From: Pyrodictium occultum
GTDB taxonomy: Archaea > Thermoproteota > Thermoprotei_A > Sulfolobales > Pyrodictiaceae
NCBI RefSeq assembly: GCF_001462395.1
Contig: NZ_LNTB01000001.1
Span: 1,050,001-1,082,000 of the forward strand
DNA length: 32,000 nt
Reading direction: 5' to 3'
A program made the translations under genes and the position numbers. Positions within the stretch are counted from its first letter, which is position 1; each line of letters begins with the position of its first letter. The notes beneath the pieces were generated by a model. It did not search any database. It saw nothing but the letters and a program-made list of their open reading frames with translations, and was not told the DNA's origin. Below, piece after piece: positions 9,592-15,317 of this stretch.

Positions 9592-9906
9592 TTAAACAAA
9601 TAGCTGAGGCAAACGGTTTAACTCGGAAAGAGTTGCTTGAGCCATTATTGCTCCTGCCAAGATTATTAGCCCAAGCCTCTTCTTAGCCCTAGCCTGTTCT
9701 TCTGGTGTATCCGCTGTGGCAAGCTGGATCCCGGTGCAGATCATTCCGCCTATTAAAACTGCTATGCCTAGATACTGCAGGAGCCCTAGGATCTTGTCAA
9801 CCATTGTAACAAGCTCCTCAGGCGGCTGAGTCTCATCCTGAGCATACACTATACTAGGCAGAATCACAGATAGCCATACCGGAAAAAGCTTGGCAATAGC
9901 GCGCAT
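9592..9906 (-). CDS. VirB2/TrbC-like (CedA1/TedC-like) conjugative-type pilin candidate
   Basis: 104 aa. It has a signal peptide (MRAIAKLFPVWLSVILPSIVYA/QD), then two hydrophobic helices (LGLLQYLGIAVLIGGMICTGI and LGLIILAGAIMAQA) joined by a charged loop (ADTPEEQARAKKR). An A/T-rich box (ggtaaattaaac, 9925-9936) lies about 25 nt upstream of the ATG, suggesting a leaderless transcript. Confidence 0.5.
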   Translation of the reverse strand: MRAIAKLFPVWLSVILPSIVYAQDETQPPEELVTMVDKILGLLQYLGIAVLIGGMICTGIQLATADTPEEQARAKKRLGLIILAGAIMAQATLSELNRLPQLFV

Positions 9907-10078
9907 CCGCCTGCTAAACCCGGTAAATTAAACACATATCTAACACCACAAAGAAACACGTGGTAAAACATAGTTACATATAAATGAAGAAGCGTTTATC
10001 TTTCTTAGAAAGTTATCTGGGCTCTTTGATGAGTAGAGGTTTACATTTTAAAACGAGCAATTGGCTGGGATTGTGTTT

Positions 10079-10729
10079 TCATATGCGTCTATACTTGAGT
10101 GTATCTAGTAGAAGTTTGAGTATGAATGTTGCCAGTCCTATAAGTGATTCTACTTGATATAGTGTTAGTGCTGGACCGGGTGCTAGATGGGGTTGTGTGG
10201 GTTCAGGGCCTCTTGTTGAAATTGTCTTGACATTGGTAAAAACTTCTGTCACGAGCTTAGCTAATAGCTCGTTTCCTTGGAATAGTTCTTTAAGCTTTTC
10301 CTTAACTAGCATGCATCCTCCATTTTGGCTCCTAGTAGCGAGTTTTAAGGGTTCCAACGCATAGCAGGCTTCTATGAGGGCATTCCTAAGAGCTGTTAAT
10401 GGTGGTCCAATACTAAGAGTCTCATATATAGCCTCTCTAGCTCGCTTTAGCGACTTAATAGCATTAATAAAGCGCTGTAAGGACTCCTCCGGCTCTGGTA
10501 ATGGCCCTGGTAATGGGAGCTCTAGCAATACATAGTTTCCAAGTCCTAGTGCGGGGGCAAAATCTCTAACCCATCTAGGACCCTCAATTGTAATAGGTGT
10601 CTCATATTCGCTATATACAGTATTGTTTATACCCAGTAATTTTAATTTGTTTATACCCAGTAATGGTTTTCCGGCTTTTAACATTACAGCATCATTTGGG
10701 AGCCCGGCTAAACGAAAATCCTTTCCCAC
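10079..10729 (-). CDS. hypothetical protein (216 aa), distal gene of a two-gene operon
   Basis: GTG start 4 nt after the stop of the upstream 143-aa gene. The C-terminal half is helix-rich and ends in a hydrophobic segment (LIGLATFILKLLLDTL). It contains an in-frame 24-bp tandem duplication (LLGINKLK/LLGINN). No known motif was recognised. Confidence 0.55.
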   Translation of the reverse strand: MGKDFRLAGLPNDAVMLKAGKPLLGINKLKLLGINNTVYSEYETPITIEGPRWVRDFAPALGLGNYVLLELPLPGPLPEPEESLQRFINAIKSLKRAREAIYETLSIGPPLTALRNALIEACYALEPLKLATRSQNGGCMLVKEKLKELFQGNELLAKLVTEVFTNVKTISTRGPEPTQPHLAPGPALTLYQVESLIGLATFILKLLLDTLKYRRI

Positions 10730-10733
10730 CCTA

Positions 10734-11165
10734 TTATATGTCGTCTGGATGATGAACCGTACTGTAAAGTACTATAAATCTTATTTTAAGCTTCAATTCA
10801 ACTCTATGATACTTGTTTATTCTCCTCCTCTCCTCAATATAGTTTATAGATTTAGGATCTAGTAATGCTTTGCCTCCGAGGATCAGAGTATGCTTGAGAT
10901 CTCTGGGATACTTCTCCCCGTAATCTACTATTATTTGTGGAGGAAATGATGTACCGCTGAATGAAACCTTGTCAAGAATGATTCGTGTCAGAAATTTTTC
11001 ATCATCAGAATATAGTGCGCCATCTACTGGAATATAAATCCCTCTACCAGCATCAAATCCTTCAACACGGACATTAAACATGAGGCATGGAGCTATTGTG
11101 TCTCTGCAGGGTTCCACGTTGGTAGAGGTAATCTTAGGTGATTCCAACTCCATCGCCCACTGCAT
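10734..11165 (-). CDS. hypothetical protein (143 aa), proximal gene of a two-gene operon
   Basis: ATG at 11165. An A/T-rich TATA-like stretch (11188-11202) and an 18-bp perfect palindrome lie immediately upstream. The sequence looks beta-rich, with no known motif recognised. Confidence 0.55.
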   Translation of the reverse strand: MQWAMELESPKITSTNVEPCRDTIAPCLMFNVRVEGFDAGRGIYIPVDGALYSDDEKFLTRIILDKVSFSGTSFPPQIIVDYGEKYPRDLKHTLILGGKALLDPKSINYIEERRRINKYHRVELKLKIRFIVLYSTVHHPDDI

Positions 11166-11169
11166 TTTA

Positions 11170-11187
11170 GGGGAACCCCGGTTCCCC
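11170..11187. promoter_or_regulatory. perfect 8-2-8 palindrome (GGGGAACC cc GGTTCCCC), operator-like
   Basis: It sits between the TATA-like stretch and the ATG (11165) of the minus-strand operon. A repressor bound here would block initiation. Confidence 0.45.
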
Positions 11188-11404
11188 TATTATTTTTATT
11201 TGCAGGGGCTGAAATAGCACGAAAGCCCCCGACCATCCTCACCACAAATTTGTGGCTCAACTGTTTAGGGGGCTCCAACGCATCTTGAACCCCCAACCAA
11301 AGGAAACCCTCTCTATACTCCTTATTGTTTAGGGGAGGCTTCACAGCTCCTCCCAGCCCCCTTAGGAAGGCTGAGAACCGGGGAGTTCTCATCTATGATA
11401 CAAG

Positions 11405-11422
11405 TCTCCATGAGCATGGAGA
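11405..11422. repeat. second perfect 8-2-8 palindrome (TCTCCATG ag CATGGAGA)
   Basis: It has the same geometry as 11170-11187 but a different sequence, and lies in the same 415-bp divergent intergenic region. A further 6-bp inverted repeat, GAGAAC..GTTCTC, is at 11373-11390. Confidence 0.4.
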
Positions 11423-11580
11423 AGGCGAGTAGTTTCCTCCCCAACTATAAGGCTCTCTAAGACTATTCCGCTATGGGATTATGGAAGAAGCTGGTAGTAT
11501 ATATTGCTTAGAGACATTATTCTGGCTGGTTTTATAAAGTATTACCACTATATTCTCTCATAGGAGGTGATATAGTGTTT

Positions 11581-11736
11581 ATGCCTATATTATCCGTTAC
11601 ACGTATCGGTAAATACTATAGAACCACTGTTCCACGTGAAGTAAGGAAGCTTCTAGACCTTCATGAGAATGATGAAATAGAATGGGTTTTCGAAGAAGGA
11701 AGAATAGTTGTTGGGAAGGCTGGGAGCCATGGTTAA
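11581..11736 (+). CDS. AbrB/SpoVT(MazE/VapB-like) swapped-hairpin DNA-binding protein
   Basis: 51 aa, MPILSVTRIGKYYRTTVPREVRKLLDLHENDEIEWVFEEGRIVVGKAGSHG. The core (..TVP.EVRK.L.L...D.I.W....G.IV) is classic AbrB/SpoVT. A strong Shine-Dalgarno sequence, GGAGGTGAT, lies 9 nt upstream. Confidence 0.75.
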   Translation: MPILSVTRIGKYYRTTVPREVRKLLDLHENDEIEWVFEEGRIVVGKAGSHG

Positions 11737-11950
11737 ATGCCCATACTGTGGATACGAAGTAGACATCTCCAAGTTTAAACTGTTAAAAGAGCCGCGGAGG
11801 TTTAGATTTTACACGGTTAGAATACTTGAATGCCCCAAATGCCGTAGCGAATTCAACTACTACTATGGCATAAGCCCTCATGGTAAAGTATCAGAGTTTA
11901 CTACTCTATTAGAATATGTCCTAGGCGGAGAAAAAGTTATAAAAATATAA
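11729..11950 (+). CDS. small zinc-ribbon protein (CPYC...CPKC)
   Basis: 73 aa starting MVKCPYCGYEV. Its ATG overlaps the AbrB-like gene stop by 8 nt (ATGGTTAA), implying translational coupling. Two CxxC pairs are 32 residues apart. Confidence 0.6.
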   Translation: MVKCPYCGYEVDISKFKLLKEPRRFRFYTVRILECPKCRSEFNYYYGISPHGKVSEFTTLLEYVLGGEKVIKI

Positions 11951-12091
11951 AAGCATTGTAGGTGACTTGTGTGAGCAGGGAGGGGGAGATCAGGTTTGCT
12001 CCTGATCTATGGTATAAGTTGAAGAATTATCTTCAAAGCTATATAATATTTATTACATTCTTATTAAGAACAAATTAACAGGGGATCTAAA

Positions 12092-13009
12092 ATGAGCTGG
12101 ATCCTAAGGTGGGCATTTGACAAGTCTACGTACTCGCCAGGAGACACAGCTACTGTGAGCTTCTGGGTTGAAAATACTGGCGATAATTATCTATATTTTA
12201 GTGATTTTGAAATAGAGTTCGACTTCGGAAAATACAGGATCAATACTGTGGCAGGAGCTATTCCCCCTAGGAGCAATATGTACTTGGGTACCGCGAGAAT
12301 ATTGTTGCCTAAAAATGTTGTTGGCAGAAAAATATTTCTAATAAGGCACCGTGTCTACGAGTACTTTAGCAATACATGGGTTGATAGAGGTATTGTGGAG
12401 TATGAGAGGAGGTATTTCTTAAGTATATATCCGCAGCCATTATACAGGGTATTCGTCTCTAGAGGCTTGCGTACTGAGGATAGAGTTATTGGCGATCCCA
12501 TAGTGGAAATGATAAAGGAGTGGGGATTCGAAACGGTTACAATAGGCGTAGAAGTAAAGGTTAGAGAGGAGGAAGTTCCTCAGGCGGTAAGAAGAGAAAT
12601 AGCGAGATCCGATGCTGTAATAGCAATAGCGACACCAAGGCATCTTGATGCTTTGACAGGGCTCTGGAGAACACTAGAGTGGCTCTATAGTGAGACAGGA
12701 ATAGCCTACGGTTTGAATAAACCCATGCTAATAATTAAGGATGAAAGAGTATCATTGGGAGGACTACCTTCCTACCTGACAAGATATGGAAATGCGCCAA
12801 TAATAGAATTTAACCCCTATAAACTCGATGAACTAAGAACAAAATTAGCCACAATAATGCCCGGCTTCAGGGAGTGGATTGAGACAAAAAGACGTCTAGA
12901 ATTCTTTGAAGCCTTAAAGAAGCTGGCAATGTTTGGACTGGCCATGGTGGGAGCTATTCATATCCTGCCAGGTATTGTCGGAGCTCTCATAGGACATTCA
13001 AAGAAATAA
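12092..13009 (+). CDS. tail-anchored protein: N-terminal CARDB/Ig-like beta-sandwich + TIR/nucleoside-2-deoxyribosyltransferase-like domain + C-terminal TM helix
   Basis: 305 aa. Residues 1-115 (STYSPGDTATVSFWVENTGDNYLYF...) resemble a CARDB-like sandwich. Residues 119-245 alternate beta and alpha (VFVSRG / ETVTIG / VRREIARSDAVIAIATPR / WLYSETGIAYGLNKPMLIIKDE), as in TIR-like (DUF1863) and deoxyribosyltransferase-like folds, with a conserved Glu (E201, 12692-12694). Residues 278-301 (LAMFGLAMVGAIHILPGIVGALIG) form a TM helix. There is no N-terminal signal peptide. The gene has its own A/T-rich promoter region and a T7 terminator. Confidence 0.6.
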   Translation: MSWILRWAFDKSTYSPGDTATVSFWVENTGDNYLYFSDFEIEFDFGKYRINTVAGAIPPRSNMYLGTARILLPKNVVGRKIFLIRHRVYEYFSNTWVDRGIVEYERRYFLSIYPQPLYRVFVSRGLRTEDRVIGDPIVEMIKEWGFETVTIGVEVKVREEEVPQAVRREIARSDAVIAIATPRHLDALTGLWRTLEWLYSETGIAYGLNKPMLIIKDERVSLGGLPSYLTRYGNAPIIEFNPYKLDELRTKLATIMPGFREWIETKRRLEFFEALKKLAMFGLAMVGAIHILPGIVGALIGHSKK

Positions 13010-13031
13010 AATGGTCTGAAAAATAACTTAC

Positions 13032-13038
13032 TTTTTTT
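13032..13038 (+). terminator. T7 run, archaeal oligo-T terminator after 12092..13009
   Basis: cTTTTTTTa lies 23 nt downstream of the stop codon. Confidence 0.5.
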
Positions 13039-13238
13039 ATCCTAGAAGAAACCTTTAGAACTGACAGCTCCTATCATAAAAGAAGGATGAAGGTCTCGTA
13101 ACTAAATAGCTCTACATATTCAATAGGCCCTTCTTGTGGCTTCATGAAGTGTTCTAAAAATATAATTTGAGTTGAAAGATTTTATGGGATTAATCAGCAT
13201 CCGTAACTATATTCCTACATACTATGCGTTATTAGGTG

Positions 13239-13690
13239 ATGGCTTTGATCAAACTAAAACGCCTTGAGGAAGTAGTGTATCTGGGTTTATTCAATAATAA
13301 AGCATATGGTATCTATAAGGACGATAGGTGCATATTGCTATATTTGGTGAGTCTGGTACTGGTAAGTCTACATTGTTGAAGTTTCTGATAAAGCAACACA
13401 TTGATCTCGGCGAGGGCTTCACTCTTCTCGACCCTCATGGAGACCTTGCACTTGAGATTGTCATGCTTATACCTGAGGACAAGATTGATAGGCTTGTATA
13501 CATTGACCCTGTAACAGCCAGCGTGTATGGCAGTACTGTTAGGATTAATTTCCTCGAGTACCGCGATGTGCAGGAGTTGGAGCGTGTTGGTGAATCGTTT
13601 ATATCAGCCCTTCAAAAATTATTCTAGGGATTTCTGGGGTCCCCGTCTCGAGCACATACTTAGGAACTGTGTGTACACTATTCTAGAGCA
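13239..13690 (+). pseudogene. VirD4/TraG/HerA-like P-loop NTPase, N-terminal fragment with two frame breaks and 3' truncation
   Basis: Three frames are needed. The first is MALIKLKRLEEVVYLGLFNNKAYGIYKDDR (from ATG 13239). A shift near 13325 leads to HIAIFGESGTGKSTLLKFLI..LLDPHGDL...RINFLEY...FISALQKLF* (Walker A). A shift near 13620 leads to SRDFWGPRLEHILRNCVYTILEQ. Homology-like sequence stops where composition turns GC-rich, near 13690. Walker B and the rest of the ATPase are absent. Confidence 0.6.
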
Positions 13691-13928
13691 GCCTCCCGGC
13701 TCAACGCCCCTTCTCCCCCAGCCTCTCCAGGGCCCCCGGGAGCCCGCTCTCCTCATTGAAGGATGGGGTGCAGGGGCTCAGCTACCCCAGGGTAGCTGGC
13801 GTCATCCCTAGCGCTCGGCAGGCATGACTCTCGTCACAGCCCCGGAGCGCCGGGAGCCTGGGGGCCTCCGAAATCCCCTTCTCCCCAGAGCCTCGGCTAG
13901 GGCCCGAGCCCTGCCTACCCGGGGTGAC

Positions 13929-15317
13929 ATGGGTGTGCCGAAACTCCCCTGGGCCCCTGCGGCGAATAGCAAAGACCGTAGAGAAATGCTCGAGCGTATT
14001 GGAGTTAAAGGCGTGATGGAGCTATACCGGGATATACCGAGGGAGATTATACTCCGGGAGCCCCCGCGTGTGGGGTTCGGCCGCCAGCTCTCCGAGTGGG
14101 AGATAAGGAGGATCATCGACCGGCTTCTCGCCAGGAACCGTGTGTTCCTGGACCCGCCGCCCTTCATGGGCGGCGGTGCCTGCATGCACGTGGTCCCGGC
14201 GGCTGTGGAGGCCATAGTTTCCAGGAGCGAGTTCTATACAGCCTATACGCCATACCAGCCGGAGGTAAACCAGGGCCTCCTCCAGGCCTTCTTCGAGTAC
14301 CAGAGCCTAATGGCTGACCTGCTCGAGATGGATGTAGTCAACCTATCCATGTACGACTGGAGCACCGCCGCGGCGGAGGCGGCGCTGGCGGCCATGCGCG
14401 TTACGAGGAGAAGGAAGATAGTGGTAGCGGGTAATATACACCCGGAGCGCCTAGAGGTTATGAAGACCTGGCTGCTGGGCAAGGACGCCACCCTGGAGAT
14501 CCTAGGCTTCGACGGGGAGACGGGGAAGACCAGCCTAGAGGATGCAGAGAGCAGGATAGACGCCGGCACGGCCGCGGTCTATGTAGAGACGCCCAACTTC
14601 CTGGGAGTGATAGAGGACGAGATAGAGGCTATAGCAGATGCAGCCCACCGGAGAGGGGCACTGCTGATAGCTGGTGTAGAGCCGCTCAGCCTAGGCATAG
14701 TAAGGCCCCCTGGGAGCTACGGGGCAGACATAGCTGTCGGAGACGCCCAGCCCCTCGGCCTGGGGCTCAACTATGGAGGCCCCTACCTCGGCGTCTTCGC
14801 CACCCGCTGGGACCGGAGGCTAGTTAGGCAGATGCCCGGCCGCCTCATAGGGCTCACGAGAGCCGTCGACGGCGAGGAGTACGGGTTCACTATGATACTC
14901 CAGACCCGCGAGCAGCACATACGCAGGGAGAAGGCTACCTCAAACATAACCAGCAACGAGGCCCTCCTGGCTGTGGCGGCTGCCGCCTACCTCTCCCTGC
15001 TGGGCGGCCAGGGGCTGCGCGAGCTAGCCAGGAGCATCTGGCTCCGCAGCCACTACGCCGCCAAGAGGCTAGGCGAGCTAGAGGGTGTTGAAGCCCCTCT
15101 CTTCAAAGGCGAGTTCTTCAAGGAGTTTGTGGCCAGGTTTCCCAAGCCCTACAGGGAGGTGCACAGCGCCCTGCTGGAGAAAGGGATCCTGGGCGGTCTA
15201 CCCCTCGCGGAGAGGCCCCCGCTCCAGGACGAGCGCTCCGCCCTCTTCTGCGTCACCGAGGCCCATAGCATGAGTGATATAGACAAGCTCGTAGAGGCGG
15301 TGGGTGAGGCCCTATGA
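13929..15317 (+). CDS. gcvPA: glycine dehydrogenase (decarboxylating) subunit 1 (P-protein alpha)
   Basis: From ATG 13929 it reads MGVPKLPWAPAANSKDRREMLERIGV..., the typical subunit-1 N-terminus. It also has the YTPYQPEVNQG..Q..FEYQ motif. The upstream part of track ORF 13824.. is R/P-rich and probably not coding. Its stop overlaps the gcvPB start (ATGA). Confidence 0.9.
   Translation: MGVPKLPWAPAANSKDRREMLERIGVKGVMELYRDIPREIILREPPRVGFGRQLSEWEIRRIIDRLLARNRVFLDPPPFMGGGACMHVVPAAVEAIVSRSEFYTAYTPYQPEVNQGLLQAFFEYQSLMADLLEMDVVNLSMYDWSTAAAEAALAAMRVTRRRKIVVAGNIHPERLEVMKTWLLGKDATLEILGFDGETGKTSLEDAESRIDAGTAAVYVETPNFLGVIEDEIEAIADAAHRRGALLIAGVEPLSLGIVRPPGSYGADIAVGDAQPLGLGLNYGGPYLGVFATRWDRRLVRQMPGRLIGLTRAVDGEEYGFTMILQTREQHIRREKATSNITSNEALLAVAAAAYLSLLGGQGLRELARSIWLRSHYAAKRLGELEGVEAPLFKGEFFKEFVARFPKPYREVHSALLEKGILGGLPLAERPPLQDERSALFCVTEAHSMSDIDKLVEAVGEAL

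Larger units (their letters stand above)
9030..13690. mobile_element. AT-rich island next to tRNA-Thr: remnant of an integrated conjugative-type element with cargo genes
   Basis: Composition drops abruptly about 50 nt after the tRNA 3' end and returns abruptly to GC-rich sequence near 13690. The island holds a VirB2-like pilin, a PrgI/VirB3-like pseudogene and a truncated VirD4/HerA-like ATPase. No integrase and no clean direct repeat of the tRNA 3' half was seen by eye. Confidence 0.6.

Noticed and set aside
9453-9686. 77-aa ORF after the PrgI-like gene as an intact gene
   Set aside because: Its 3' third overlaps the convergent, better-supported pilin gene. At most the first 45 codons or so could be a remnant, possibly a VirB4 N-terminus, and I cannot support that from motifs.
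11093-11392. 99-aa minus-strand ORF in the divergent intergenic region
   Set aside because: It overlaps the start of the 143-aa gene in another frame, has a low-complexity G/P/R-rich sequence, and has no start context.
13824-13928. 35-codon N-terminal extension of gcvPA, and likewise the extensions of the NFACT (24380-24577), PfkB (18200-18331) and YkgJ-like (17275-17409) genes
   Set aside because: The extensions are R/P/G-rich, lack family similarity and overlap neighbouring genes or promoters. Internal starts give canonical N-termini.
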